Part shown: positions 9,802-20,116 of the stretch, in pieces
Position numbering within the stretch: the stretch's first letter is position 1
Layout of the letters: each line of letters starts with the position of its first letter
Source: Uliginosibacterium gangwonense DSM 18521
GTDB lineage: Bacteria; Pseudomonadota; Gammaproteobacteria; Burkholderiales; Rhodocyclaceae
DNA: 64,000 nt
NCBI RefSeq assembly: GCF_000373965.1
Contig: NZ_KB892864.1
Coordinates: 200,170-264,169 of the forward strand
Reading direction: 5' to 3'
Made by a program: the position numbers and the translations under genes
Notes under the pieces: model-generated
What the model was told of the DNA's origin: nothing
Databases searched by the model: none
Seen by the model: only the letters and a program-made list of their open reading frames with translations

Positions 9802-10315
9802 CGCTTGCAAAGCAATTTTGCCTGCTCACGCTCTTGCGCCACAAATGGAACGCCCACAACACGATCAGCAACTCCACCGCCAAGCCCCAGTGGAAAAGGT
9901 AATTGAGCCACCAGTGATCGTAGAATTTGCGCACGGAAAACATGTTGAAAGAGTAATCGGACCAGGGCGCCAGCCACCAGATGTGACCAAACACAGAGTC
10001 CAGCACCATGTGGATCAAGCCATTGAGCGAGAACATGAAGGCCAGCAAAGGAGTGAACTTGCGCTTGGCATACCACAAGGCAAATCCGGCTCCAAGCAGC
10101 AAGGATAACCACACCACAGGAAAATGGGTGAAATAGGTATGATGATTGTGCCAGCGATGATCGAAGAGATAAAAGTAGAAAAGATCAAAGTCCGGCGCAA
10201 CCGACCCCAGGAGCGCAGCCCATACATAAGCGGAATAGTCCTTTGGCGTTACGCGCAGACGATCACGCAACATATGGCTGGCGATATAGCCAGCCGGAAG
10301 ATGGGCAATAAACAT
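9788..10315 (-). CDS. membrane-bound metal-dependent hydrolase, DUF457 (YbcI-like)
   Basis: 175 aa. Has His-rich TM segments and LDSVFGHIWWLAPWSD, which matches the E. coli YbcI motif LDSVTTGGKGVGWLWPWSD. Confidence 0.55.
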   Translation of the reverse strand: MFIAHLPAGYIASHMLRDRLRVTPKDYSAYVWAALLGSVAPDFDLFYFYLFDHRWHNHHTYFTHFPVVWLSLLLGAGFALWYAKRKFTPLLAFMFSLNGLIHMVLDSVFGHIWWLAPWSDYSFNMFSVRKFYDHWWLNYLFHWGLAVELLIVLWAFHLWRKSVSRQNCFASVTTP

Positions 10316-10432
10316 GGCAGAACCGAAGCCTATCGATATGCAATATCAACAGGCTAAGGCTGCACCATGAGCAGATGAGGGGCGGAAGGTGAAGTCGTGT
10401 GAAAGCACGGTGAAGCCACCGTGCCACCACGG

Positions 10433-10921
10433 TTATGCGGGGCGCCCAAGCAGCACAACTGCCTGGGTGGCAATCCCTTCGCCACGCCCCAGGTGCCCGA
10501 GGCGTTCGTTGGTCTTACCCTTGATGTTGATGCAATCGGGCGCCAGTGCCAGATCCGAGGCCAGATTAGCCACCATCGCTGGCGCATGGGGCGCAATCTT
10601 GGGGGCCTGGGCAATGATGGTGGCATCCACATTCACCACTTCCCACCCTGCAGCGCGTACACGCGCATAGGCTTCGCGCAGCAATACCCGGGAATCTGCC
10701 CCTTTGAAGCGTTCATCCGTATCCGGAAACAAGCGGCCGATATCGCCCAGCCCTGCCGCCCCCAAAAGTGCGTCGGTAATGGCATGCAGCAGCGCATCTG
10801 CGTCAGAATGACCAAGCAAGCCTTTGTCATAAGGAATCTCAACCCCGCCGAGAATGAGCTTGCGCCCTTCTACCAGACGATGTACATCCAAGCCCTGGCC
10901 GATGCGAAACGGTACGCCCAT
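10433..10921 (-). CDS. ispF: 2-C-methyl-D-erythritol 2,4-cyclodiphosphate synthase
   Basis: [19 protein letters not shown]...[26 protein letters not shown] is the IspF signature. The true start is the internal ATG at 10921 (the ORF track extends upstream to 11053). The ATGA overlap with the ispD stop indicates translational coupling. Confidence 0.9.
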   Translation of the reverse strand: MGVPFRIGQGLDVHRLVEGRKLILGGVEIPYDKGLLGHSDADALLHAITDALLGAAGLGDIGRLFPDTDERFKGADSRVLLREAYARVRAAGWEVVNVDATIIAQAPKIAPHAPAMVANLASDLALAPDCINIKGKTNERLGHLGRGEGIATQAVVLLGRPA

Positions 10922-10922
10922 G

Positions 10923-11615
10923 TCATACACTCCGTGCGCGCAACAGCATTTCTGCCAGCGCGATATCTTGAGGATAGGTAACCTTGAAATTGGTGATGTC
11001 GCCCGCCACCAGCCTGGGGGGCATGCCCAGCGCCTCCACTGCGCCTGCTTCATCAGTGACGCCGCCTGTGGCAGTCAGAGCACGCAGAAGCAGGCCATAG
11101 CGGAACATCTGCGGGGTTTGCGCCTGCCACATTGCTTCACGGGAAATCGTATCCGCCACACGCCCTACGGAATCGGCACGTTTGAGCGTGTCGGCAACGG
11201 GCACTGCAAGCAGCCCGCCTACCGGATCATCCTTGAGCGTGGCAATCAGCGCCTCAACCTGCTCGGGCAGGAGACAGGCCCGGGCAGCGTCATGGACCAG
11301 AACCCACTCCTCGTCACCAATACTGTCTTTAAGCGCTTCGAGCGCCTGGGTCACACTGGCTGCACGCGTGGCACCGCCAACACGCAACACCTGCAGACGC
11401 GGCCCGAAACCCGACCAGTCAAAATCCTGCCAGCATGTATCGTCTGGCGCCAAGACCACGGTGACCGTTTCAATTGCAGGCACCGCCAGTAGCGCAGACA
11501 GCGCATACCACAGCATGGGTTTGCCCGCCAGACTCAAATATTGCTTGGGCATCTGGGAGCCCATGCGGCTGCCACTGCCTGCAGCAGGAACAATTGCAAA
11601 GAACTTGCTCATCAA
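10923..11615 (-). CDS. ispD: 2-C-methyl-D-erythritol 4-phosphate cytidylyltransferase
   Basis: 230 aa with an IspD-type N-terminus ([13 protein letters not shown]...PKQY). It is adjacent to ispF, the usual ispDF pair. Confidence 0.9.
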   Translation of the reverse strand: MMSKFFAIVPAAGSGSRMGSQMPKQYLSLAGKPMLWYALSALLAVPAIETVTVVLAPDDTCWQDFDWSGFGPRLQVLRVGGATRAASVTQALEALKDSIGDEEWVLVHDAARACLLPEQVEALIATLKDDPVGGLLAVPVADTLKRADSVGRVADTISREAMWQAQTPQMFRYGLLLRALTATGGVTDEAGAVEALGMPPRLVAGDITNFKVTYPQDIALAEMLLRARSV

Positions 11616-11640
11616 ACGCTCACTTTCGCAGTCTGCACAA

Positions 11641-11678
11641 AGAAAAAGGCCGGGTAACGAGGCCCGGCCTTCTTTATT
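11641..11678 (-). terminator. rho-independent terminator downstream of ftsZ (hairpin plus T-run; bidirectional-looking)
   Basis: The plus strand reads agaaaaaGGCCGGGtaacgagGCCCGGCCttctttatt. On the minus strand this gives a GC-rich hairpin followed by TTTTTCTTT. Confidence 0.5.
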
Positions 11679-11839
11679 GAGCTTGCGCCATCAAACCGAC
11701 TGGCTGGACATGCCGTAGAGGTCGCAACAAAATGGAGTGCAGCGTAGCGCAACGGTTCTGGCTAGGCGCGCCGCCGCAGACAGTACAGCTAGTACGGCAA
11801 GGCGGCGCAACACCGCCAGAACCATTTGGTTACGGCCTC

Positions 11840-12982
11840 TTAGTCTGCCTGCTTGCGCAGGAAAGCAGGAATGTCATAAGTGCCAAAGCCGTTTGCGCTC
11901 ATCGCCTCCACCGTGTTACGGGTATTACGACGAATCACAGCGGGCATGTCCAGATCACCGTAGTTGACTTCCACACCAACGTTATCCGTCCCGGTCTTCA
12001 CCATCTGGATCACCGGTTGGCGGGCCATGGTGCGCGCAGCGCCCAAGCCAGTTGCCAACACGGTAACGCGGATGCGGTCTTCCATGGCATCGTCAAACAC
12101 GGTGCCGTAGAACACGGTGGCATCTTCGGTGGCAAAGGCGCGCACGGTCTGCACGGCTTCACGCACTTCAGACATCTTGAGCGAGCGGGAGGCGGTAATG
12201 TTGATCAGCACACCACGGGCACCCGAGAGTTCAACGCCTTCCAGCAAGGGGCTGGCAGCGGCCTGCTCGGCAGCAATGCGGGCACGATCCAGGCCAGAAG
12301 CTTCGGCAGAGCCCATCATCGCACGGCCCATCTCAGCCATCAGTGTGCGCACGTCCTGGAAGTCAACGTTAACCAGACCGGGCACATTGATGATTTCGGC
12401 AATGCCGCCTACAGCTTTACGCAGCACGTCGTCAGCATTGTGGAAGCATTCTTCCATGCTGGCATCATCACCATAGACTTCCATGAGCTTGTCGTTGAGC
12501 ACCACGATGAGCGAATCAACATGCTTGGAAAGCTCTTCGATCCCGCTATCGGCAATCCGGTAACGGTTTTCAAAATCAAAGGGCTTGGTCACCACCGCCA
12601 CGGTCAGGATATCAAGCTCCTTGGCGACTTCGGCCACCACCGGTGCTGCACCCGTGCCCGTACCACCGCCCATACCGGCGGTGATGAAGACCATGTGTGC
12701 GCCACGCAGGGCATTGGCGATTGCGTCGTGTTCTTCCAGCGCAGCCGCACGGCCCGCTTCAGGTTTCGCACCTGCGCCCAACCCGCTTCTGCCAAGCTGG
12801 ATTTTGCAGGCCGCCAGGGAGCGCTTGAGTGCCTGGGCATCGGTATTGGCGCAGACGAATTCAACCCCCTGCACACCTTCCCGAATCATGTGGTCAACCG
12901 CGTTGCCACCAGCACCGCCGACGCCTACCACCTTGATGACGGTCCCTTTAGTTTCCTTCTCAACGATCTCGACCAGATCCAT
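11840..12982 (-). CDS. ftsZ: cell division protein FtsZ
   Basis: 380 aa with GVGGAGGNAV and the tubulin signature GGGTGTG. Confidence 0.95.
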   Translation of the reverse strand: MDLVEIVEKETKGTVIKVVGVGGAGGNAVDHMIREGVQGVEFVCANTDAQALKRSLAACKIQLGRSGLGAGAKPEAGRAAALEEHDAIANALRGAHMVFITAGMGGGTGTGAAPVVAEVAKELDILTVAVVTKPFDFENRYRIADSGIEELSKHVDSLIVVLNDKLMEVYGDDASMEECFHNADDVLRKAVGGIAEIINVPGLVNVDFQDVRTLMAEMGRAMMGSAEASGLDRARIAAEQAAASPLLEGVELSGARGVLINITASRSLKMSEVREAVQTVRAFATEDATVFYGTVFDDAMEDRIRVTVLATGLGAARTMARQPVIQMVKTGTDNVGVEVNYGDLDMPAVIRRNTRNTVEAMSANGFGTYDIPAFLRKQAD

Positions 12983-13175
12983 GTATTTCCCCTTGGCTAC
13001 CTTAGAAACATTCTTCTATCGCGGAAGATCCCCTACATATAGGAGCTGTGACACATGTCACTACTAATAGGCGTTGCAGAATGCTTCTAAATATAGTATT
13101 CGTTGCGGAGTTTACTACTAAATAAATGATTGGAGTACAACTATTCCCGTTCGTCCGGAAAAAATTGACCGGCGG

Positions 13176-14405
13176 TTAAAAGTTCTTCTCCAACCACGCC
13201 TTCACGCGCTCAAATGTATGACGCACGCTACGCGTTTCGCGTGCCATCAGACCACGTCGGCGCTGTGCCGCACCCTCCATGATCAGGCCCATCACATTGG
13301 CGTATTGTGGCTGACACACCACATCGGCCAATGGGCCGTGATAAACCGGTAAACCAATACGAACGGGCACATGGAAAACATCCTCGCCCAATTCGCAAAT
13401 TCCTTCCAGTTGCGCAGACCCGCCAGAGAGCACAAGCCCAGAAGAAAGCAGTTCTTCGTAACCACTGCGGCGCAATTCGGCCTGCACCAGTTCAAACAAT
13501 TCCTGCACGCGGGGCTGCACCACTGCAGCCAGACTCTCGCGCGAGAGCCGACGCGGCGCACGGTCCCCAATGCTGGGAACATCGATTGTCTCAGCCGGGT
13601 CAACCAGGCTTTGCATGGCCACCCCTTGGTGCAGCTTGATCTCTTCGGCCTCAATGGTCGGGGTGCGTAGCGCCATGGCAATGTCATTAGTAATCTGATC
13701 CCCGGCAATAGGAATCACCGCCGTGTGCCGGATCGCGCCCTGGGTAAATACAGCCAAGTCGGTCGTGCCGCCGCCGACGTCAACCAGGCACACACCCAGT
13801 TCCTTTTCATCGTCCGACAACGTAGCAAAACTGGATGCCAGGGGCTGCAACACAAGGTCCATCACTTCGAGCCCGCAGCGACGCACGCACTTGATGAGGT
13901 TCTGCGCAGCAGAAACGGCACCCGTAATGATGTGCACCTTCACTTCGAGTTTGACGCCACTCATCCCAATTGGTTCGCGCACCCCATCCTGCCCGTCGAT
14001 GATGAATTCCTGGGTCAGGATGTGCAGAATCTGCTGATCTGCCGGGATCGGCATAGCACGCGCCACCTCGATCACCCGCTCCACATCCAGCGGGGTGACC
14101 TCCTTGTCTTTGATCGCCACCATGCCATTGGAATTAAAGCTGCGGATGTGACTGCCGGCAATTCCGGTATACACGTCACGCACCTTGCAGTCGGCCAGGA
14201 GTTCCACTTCCTGGATCACGCGCGAGATCGCGTCCACCGTGGCCTCGATGTTGACCACAACCCCTTTTTTGAGCCCTGCTGAAGGCTGGGTGGCAACCCC
14301 GATCACATCGATGCGGCCATCAGGTCGCAACTCGGCCACCATGGCGGTCACCTTGGAGGTGCCCACATCGAGGCCGACGATCAAATCCTTGTTGTCCTTG
14401 CTCAT
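13176..14405 (-). CDS. ftsA: cell division protein FtsA
   Basis: 409 aa with an actin-like ATPase fold and an FtsA-type N-terminus (LIVGLDVGTSKV). Confidence 0.95.
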   Translation of the reverse strand: MSKDNKDLIVGLDVGTSKVTAMVAELRPDGRIDVIGVATQPSAGLKKGVVVNIEATVDAISRVIQEVELLADCKVRDVYTGIAGSHIRSFNSNGMVAIKDKEVTPLDVERVIEVARAMPIPADQQILHILTQEFIIDGQDGVREPIGMSGVKLEVKVHIITGAVSAAQNLIKCVRRCGLEVMDLVLQPLASSFATLSDDEKELGVCLVDVGGGTTDLAVFTQGAIRHTAVIPIAGDQITNDIAMALRTPTIEAEEIKLHQGVAMQSLVDPAETIDVPSIGDRAPRRLSRESLAAVVQPRVQELFELVQAELRRSGYEELLSSGLVLSGGSAQLEGICELGEDVFHVPVRIGLPVYHGPLADVVCQPQYANVMGLIMEGAAQRRRGLMARETRSVRHTFERVKAWLEKNF

Positions 14406-15283
14406 TGCACACCCTTGCGCTGATCATTATCGGTGGTTCGAACCGCAAATCCGCTTGGATAGCGCAGATCTGCGACCACTATTTTCCTGTCAAAACGGCC
14501 CTGTAACTGCGGCCATGCTGCAATAAATCGTGTCAGACGCGCGTCCAGCGGCGCCTTGTCGTCGTCCCGCCCCAATTCCATGAGCATACCGTTGTCAAGC
14601 TTGATCTGCCAGGCGTGCCGCCCGGACAGCGTCAGCGCTACAACGTGCAGCCCCGTGGATTTGAGCAGATCATCGAAGTGATGCCTTTGCTCGATCATCA
14701 ATACGCCCGCATCGGTCGGCCCGCTGAATACGGGCATATCAGCATTGCTGGCCGCGTCAAACATCTCACCATAATTGTTGATCAACCGCGTGTCGCCCGA
14801 GTCCACACTGTGCCAATAGGCCACTGCCTCGTGCTCTTCGAGCGAGACTTCAATCACACCGGGCCAGCGCCTGCGCAATTGGGCATGGCGCACCCAGGGC
14901 AGGTTCTCAAACGCCTTGCGCGCGCTTTCCAGATCCACGGTAAAAAAATTGCCCTGCATCGAAGAAGTCGCGGCGTACTCCAACTGCGCCCGCGTCACCC
15001 GATTCAGTGGGGAAGTCACCACCAACTCTTGCAGATGGAACACGGGCAACCGGGTCACCGCCTTGACGACAGCATAGGTCAGCCCCACTGTGGCGACCAC
15101 CACCAGAGCATCCGCCACCAGATTCATCCATTCCGGCCGGTGCCAGAACCCGCTCTCAGGGCGCGCACGTCCCCCTGGCGCGCCATGCGCAGCCACGGGC
15201 GTCTTGCCGAAAGCGGGTTGATGATCAGTCAAGGCTTGCCATCTCCAGAATGCGTCGGCACAAAGCCGGGAAATCAATGCCAA
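14402..15283 (-). CDS. ftsQ: cell division protein FtsQ
   Basis: Has a single TM segment followed by POTRA and FtsQ beta domains. Its position in the cluster is ddl-ftsQ-ftsA. The start is uncertain: the long ORF overlaps ddl by 58 nt, and the internal ATG at 15127 (MNLVADALVV...) is an alternative. Confidence 0.8.
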   Translation of the reverse strand: MALISRLCADAFWRWQALTDHQPAFGKTPVAAHGAPGGRARPESGFWHRPEWMNLVADALVVVATVGLTYAVVKAVTRLPVFHLQELVVTSPLNRVTRAQLEYAATSSMQGNFFTVDLESARKAFENLPWVRHAQLRRRWPGVIEVSLEEHEAVAYWHSVDSGDTRLINNYGEMFDAASNADMPVFSGPTDAGVLMIEQRHHFDDLLKSTGLHVVALTLSGRHAWQIKLDNGMLMELGRDDDKAPLDARLTRFIAAWPQLQGRFDRKIVVADLRYPSGFAVRTTDNDQRKGVQ

Positions 15284-16184
15284 TTGAATTGGCTGCCATG
15301 GGGACGAGCGAATGGCTTGTCATGCCCGGCGCCGTATTCATTTCGAGGAAGGTGTAGCTGCCATCCTCGCGCACGATGAAATCGGCCCGCCCCCAACCAC
15401 GACACCCTAGCGCACGGAAGGCTTTGACCGCATCGGCCTGGATCGCTTCAGTCACTTCAGGCGCAAAACCTGCCGGGCAGTGGTAGCGCACCTTGTCGGT
15501 AAAATATTTGTTCTGGTAATCGTAGGCGACAGCCAAAGGCTCGATGTACACCAAGGGCAGGGCCTGATCTCCCAACACTGCAGCCGTGCCTTCACGCCCG
15601 GCCACAAACTCCTCGGCAATCACCAGGGGGTCGAGCTTGTAGGCCGCGTCAAAGGCAGTACGAAACTGTGCGGCGTTTTCCACCTTGCTGACGCCAATTG
15701 ATGAGCCTTCACGGGCAGGCTTCACAATCAGCGGCAGCCCAAGTTCATCGATGACAGCGGCAAAGTCCATTCCCGGCGTCAGCATACGAAACTTTGGGGT
15801 AGGCACACCCGCAGCCTGCCACACCATCTTGGTACGCCATTTGTCCATGGCCAGAGCAGAGGCCATCACACCACTGCCGGTATAGGGAATGCCCAGCACC
15901 TGCAAAGCCCCCTGCACCGTTCCGTCTTCACCAAAGCGGCCATGCAGGGCAATAAATGCCCGCTGAAAACCTTCTTCCTTGAGCCGCCATACAGGCGTCT
16001 CAGCTGGGTCGAATGCATGCGCGTCGACACCTGCCGAACGCAAGGCCTCCAACACCGCTTTGCCTGAAATCAGCGAGATTTCCCGCTCGGCGGAATGCCC
16101 ACCCATCAACACCGCAACTTTACCCAATTGCATATTCTTGGCCTGCTCCTGCGCAATTCCAGTTGTTTCAGGCATGGTTTGCAA
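15225..16184 (-). CDS. ddl: D-alanine--D-alanine ligase
   Basis: ATP-grasp fold. [18 protein letters not shown] matches the Ddl N-terminus. The true start may be the internal ATG at 16133 (MQLGKVAVL...). Confidence 0.9.
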   Translation of the reverse strand: MQTMPETTGIAQEQAKNMQLGKVAVLMGGHSAEREISLISGKAVLEALRSAGVDAHAFDPAETPVWRLKEEGFQRAFIALHGRFGEDGTVQGALQVLGIPYTGSGVMASALAMDKWRTKMVWQAAGVPTPKFRMLTPGMDFAAVIDELGLPLIVKPAREGSSIGVSKVENAAQFRTAFDAAYKLDPLVIAEEFVAGREGTAAVLGDQALPLVYIEPLAVAYDYQNKYFTDKVRYHCPAGFAPEVTEAIQADAVKAFRALGCRGWGRADFIVREDGSYTFLEMNTAPGMTSHSLVPMAANSIGIDFPALCRRILEMASLD

Positions 16185-17562
16185 CCACCTTGCCCGGTAC
16201 TACCCCAATCGATCCGGCGCCCATGGTAATCACCACATCACCCGCCTGCGCGCAGGCATCAATCTGCCGGGGCATATCCGCAATATCTTCCACAAATACA
16301 GGCTCAATCTTGCCCGCCACACGCAAGGCCCGCGCCAGACTCCGTCCATCAGCGGCCACCAGTGACGGCTCGCCTGCAGCATAGACTTCCGCAAGCAGCA
16401 AGGCATCTACCGTGCCCAGCACCTTTACAAAATCTTCAAAGCAATCCCGCGTGCGCGTATAGCGATGCGGCTGGAATGCCAATACAAGGCGCCGCCCCGG
16501 AAACGCACCGCGTACCGCAGCCAGGGTAGCAGCCATTTCCACCGGGTGATGCCCATAGTCATCGATCAGTGTGTAGTTGCCGCCACCTGCCACAGGAATT
16601 TCGCCATAGCGCTGGAAGCGTCGCCCCACACCATTGAATTCGGCAAGCGCCTTGAGGATTGCCGCATCGGCCACCCCCAGCTCGGTTGCCACAGCAATAG
16701 CAGCAAGCGCATTGAGCACGTTGTGCATGCCCGGCAGATTGAGTTCCACGGCGAGCTTGGGCTCAACGCCATTGTGGCGGATGCAGTCAAAGTGCATCTG
16801 GCTGCCCACAGCGCGAATGTTCTCGGCACGGAAATGCGCAGAGGCATCGGTGCCATAGCGCAAGACCTGCTTGGAAACAAAGGGGATGATCTCACGCACA
16901 TGCGGATCATCCACGCACAACACCGCCACGCCATAAAACGGCAGGCGATGGAGGAAATCGACAAAGGCCTGACGCAACTTGGCAAAGTCATGACCGTAGG
17001 TTTCCATGTGATCGGCATCGATGTTGGTGATGACCGAGATCACGGGGCTCAGGAACAGGAAGGAGGCATCGGACTCATCCGCCTCGGCCACCAGAAAATC
17101 CCCGCTGCCCAGCTTGGCATTCGCCCCGGCAGAATTGAGCCGCCCACCAATCACAAAGGTCGGGTCCAGCCCGCCTTCGGCGAGAATGCTGGCCACCAGG
17201 CTGGTGGTGGTGGTTTTGCCGTGGGTTCCGGCAATCGCTACCCCCTGCTTCAGGCGCATCAATTCCGCCAGCATTTGTGCGCGGGGCACCACGGGGATCT
17301 GATGGGCGCGTGCCGCCATCACCTCGGGGTTATCCCCCTTGACTGCGGTGGATACGACAATAGCATCGGCATCGAGCACATTCTCGGCCGCATGCCCGAT
17401 GGTCACCTTCACGCCCTGCTCTTCCAGCCTGCGCGTCACTGCGCCTGCAGCGATATCCGAACCGCTGACGGCATAGCCCAGATTGCGCAGCACTTCGGCA
17501 ATGCCGCTCATGCCTGCGCCACCGATCCCGACGAAGTGAATCCGTTTGACCTTGTGTTTCAT
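16168..17562 (-). CDS. murC: UDP-N-acetylmuramate--L-alanine ligase
   Basis: 464 aa. N-terminus is [19 protein letters not shown] and the Mur ligase P-loop GTHGKTTTT is present. Confidence 0.95.
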   Translation of the reverse strand: MKHKVKRIHFVGIGGAGMSGIAEVLRNLGYAVSGSDIAAGAVTRRLEEQGVKVTIGHAAENVLDADAIVVSTAVKGDNPEVMAARAHQIPVVPRAQMLAELMRLKQGVAIAGTHGKTTTTSLVASILAEGGLDPTFVIGGRLNSAGANAKLGSGDFLVAEADESDASFLFLSPVISVITNIDADHMETYGHDFAKLRQAFVDFLHRLPFYGVAVLCVDDPHVREIIPFVSKQVLRYGTDASAHFRAENIRAVGSQMHFDCIRHNGVEPKLAVELNLPGMHNVLNALAAIAVATELGVADAAILKALAEFNGVGRRFQRYGEIPVAGGGNYTLIDDYGHHPVEMAATLAAVRGAFPGRRLVLAFQPHRYTRTRDCFEDFVKVLGTVDALLLAEVYAAGEPSLVAADGRSLARALRVAGKIEPVFVEDIADMPRQIDACAQAGDVVITMGAGSIGVVPGKVVANHA

Positions 17563-17783
17563 GCTTGGGCTACGCTCCGGCTACAAGGGCTCAGCATTCC
17601 CTGCCCTACAATGTTCATTGCTTCAACTTTCTCTGCCACCCGATAAAATGGCTTAGTGTTACAAATTCTGCGCTGCAATACACGTCTTGACGAAGGAGCG
17701 CGGATGCTCTCTTCCGCAGCCCTCCTGCCTGAGCGCCACACGCTCACGGCAACATGCGCCCCGCGCCCTAAAAACATCTGCCA

Positions 17784-18851
17784 TCACTTGCTGCACAAGG
17801 ATTGGCACAAATCCGCTACAGCCTTGGCGGCCTCTGGTCGAGCCAAATTCCGAGCCTTTTGGGCACGTTCAAGCAAACTGGCACGATCCAGCTGACGCAA
17901 GCGCTCCGCCAACCCGGCAGGAGATAGCTCAGGTTGCGGGATCAACTCCGCAGCCCCACCGTCGACCAAAAATTTCGCATTGCCTGTCTGGTGATCATCC
18001 ACCGCATGCGGGAAAGGCACCAGAATACTGGGCACCCCCGCTGCTGCAAGCTCTGCCACCGTCAGCGCGCCAGCGCGGCAGATCACCAGATCCGCCTCTG
18101 CATAGCGGCCCGCCATGTCTTCGATGAAATCCAGCAAAGTCCCTTCTACCCCCGCGTCCGCATAGGCCTGACGCAAGGCATCAATCTGCTTGGCCCCGGC
18201 CTGATGCACGACTCGTGGGCGCTTTTCCTGCGGCAGCAGGGCCAAAGCCTGGGGCACCACGCTATTCAGGGCTTGCGCGCCCAGAGAGCCGCCCACCACC
18301 AGGATATTCAAGGGCTGATCCCCTCGGGCAGCGTAGCGCTCTTCTGGCGATGCAATGGCCGCAATCTCCTGCCGCACCGGGTTACCCAACCATTCCCCTT
18401 TGGGAAACACGCCTGGGAAGCCGGTCACGATGCGGCGTGCGAGCTTGGCCAGCACACGGTTCGCCAACCCGGCAACCGAGTTCTGCTCATGCAGTACCAA
18501 CGGGCGACCGCTCAAAACCGCCATCACCCCACCAGGGAATGAGACATAGCCGCCCATGCCCAAGACCACATCCGGCTTGACACGCCGCATGGCACAACCC
18601 GCCTGCCAGAATCCACGCAAAAGGTTGAAGGGCAGCGCCAGCATCCGCAGCAGCCCCTTGCCACGCAGGGCGCCGAAGCGAATCCATACGCACTCATACC
18701 CCAAGGGTGGAACGAGGCGGCCTTCCATGCCCGTTGCATTACCCATCCAGGCCACCTTCCAGCCCCGTGCGCGCAAAGCTTCCGCCACGGCTACGCCAGG
18801 ATAGATGTGTCCGCCTGTGCCCCCTGCCATCACCAGCAATGTCGGCATCAT
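17784..18851 (-). CDS. murG: UDP-N-acetylglucosamine--N-acetylmuramyl-(pentapeptide) pyrophosphoryl-undecaprenol N-acetylglucosamine transferase
   Basis: 355 aa. The N-terminus is [17 protein letters not shown], typical of MurG. Confidence 0.95.
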   Translation of the reverse strand: MMPTLLVMAGGTGGHIYPGVAVAEALRARGWKVAWMGNATGMEGRLVPPLGYECVWIRFGALRGKGLLRMLALPFNLLRGFWQAGCAMRRVKPDVVLGMGGYVSFPGGVMAVLSGRPLVLHEQNSVAGLANRVLAKLARRIVTGFPGVFPKGEWLGNPVRQEIAAIASPEERYAARGDQPLNILVVGGSLGAQALNSVVPQALALLPQEKRPRVVHQAGAKQIDALRQAYADAGVEGTLLDFIEDMAGRYAEADLVICRAGALTVAELAAAGVPSILVPFPHAVDDHQTGNAKFLVDGGAAELIPQPELSPAGLAERLRQLDRASLLERAQKARNLARPEAAKAVADLCQSLCSK

Positions 18852-20116
18852 TGATCTCCTTGTCTGGGGAGGCGGCTCTGGCTGTAACGCGGCGGAACCC
18901 CGGCGTCACCCCCCAAAGGCGCCCCACGCCTCATCTGGCGATTTTCCCAATCAATCCGCAGGAGGATGCCCAGGGCCAGACAGTTGGCGACGATGCCCGA
19001 ACCACCATAGCTCATCAGCGGCAATGTCAATCCCTTGGTGGGCAGTAAGCCCATGTTCACACCCATATTGATGAATGATTGCACCCCAAACCACAAACCA
19101 ATGCCTTGGGCTACCATGCCCGCGTAATAATTCCCGACGAAGTGGGCGCGCTTGGCGATTGCAAAGGTCCGATGCACCATCACGGCAAACAGCACAACCA
19201 CGGTCAGCACCCCGACAAATCCAAGCTCTTCTGCAATCACGGCAAGCAAAAAGTCGGTATGTGCTTCAGGCAGGTAGAAGAGTTTTTCCACACTCGCCCC
19301 CAGCCCCACACCAAACCACTCACCCCGCCCAAATGCGATCAAGGCGTGAGAGAGTTGGTAGCCGCTCCCCAAGGAATCCTTCCAGGGATCGACAAAATTG
19401 AAGAGCCGCTCACGACGATAAGGGGAGAGCCAGATCAGCAACAAAAAACCAACCACTGCAACGATCATCAGCAGGGCAAAAATACGTGCGTTCAGCCCAC
19501 CGAGGAAGAGAATGCCAAAGGCAATGCAGCAGATCACAACGAAGGCGCCAAAGTCTGGCTCGCGCAACAGCAGGAAGCCGACAAACAGAATCATCGAAGC
19601 CATCGGCAGGAACGCATGGCGAAAGCTCTTCATCACGGCAAGCTTGCGGATGGTGTAGTCCGCTGCGTAAAGCCCCACAAACAGCTTGGCCAATTCGGAG
19701 GGTTGCAGATTGCCGAAACCGAGGGGAATCCAGCGCCGGGAACCGTTGACCTCACGGCCGATATGCGGAACCAATACAACAATCAGCAATACGAGCACCG
19801 CCATGAACAGGTAGGGCGACAGGCTTTGCCAGGTACGGATCGGTACGCGAAAGGCAAAAGCCCCTGCCGCCAATGCAATCAATACAAAAATGGTATGCCG
19901 TACCAGAAAATAGTAAGGCTGGTGGGCAAACATGCGGCTGCCCTCTGCCACTGCAATGGAAGACGAATACACCATCACCAGGCCGAACAGAATCAGGCTG
20001 GCGGCTGACCAGAACAGCAGGCCATCCAGTTCAGACACTTGCGGCGTCCCATTCAAGCGGGCATTGCCACCAAAACGGAATCCAGGCAACCAGGAAGCCA
20101 TGGCAGAAGCCCTCAT
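18848..20116 (-). CDS. ftsW: peptidoglycan glycosyltransferase FtsW (SEDS family)
   Basis: Polytopic membrane protein at the FtsW position in the cluster. The start is taken at ATG 20116 ([11 protein letters not shown]...), which forms an ATGA overlap with the murD stop. The ORF track's longer 20203 start would overlap murD by 90 nt. Confidence 0.9.
   Translation of the reverse strand: MRASAMASWLPGFRFGGNARLNGTPQVSELDGLLFWSAASLILFGLVMVYSSSIAVAEGSRMFAHQPYYFLVRHTIFVLIALAAGAFAFRVPIRTWQSLSPYLFMAVLVLLIVVLVPHIGREVNGSRRWIPLGFGNLQPSELAKLFVGLYAADYTIRKLAVMKSFRHAFLPMASMILFVGFLLLREPDFGAFVVICCIAFGILFLGGLNARIFALLMIVAVVGFLLLIWLSPYRRERLFNFVDPWKDSLGSGYQLSHALIAFGRGEWFGVGLGASVEKLFYLPEAHTDFLLAVIAEELGFVGVLTVVVLFAVMVHRTFAIAKRAHFVGNYYAGMVAQGIGLWFGVQSFINMGVNMGLLPTKGLTLPLMSYGGSGIVANCLALGILLRIDWENRQMRRGAPLGGDAGVPPRYSQSRLPRQGDQ

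Noticed and set aside
11732-13042. 436-aa plus-strand ORF
   Set aside because: It is antisense shadow of ftsZ. The minus-strand frame carries the tubulin signature GGGTGTG.
16465-17646. 393-aa plus-strand ORF
   Set aside because: It is antisense to murC (Mur ligase motifs are in the minus frame). The same reasoning applies to 19079-20008 (ftsW), 22765-24063 (murF), 23558-25027 (murE), 26212-27195 (ftsI), 28058-28777 (rsmH), 34529-35482 (SDR), 43953-44630 (cysK), 45775-46581 (C-S lyase), 48087-48890 (dctP), 58436-59902 (terminase), 60316-61083 (gpO) and 61087-61971 (gpN).
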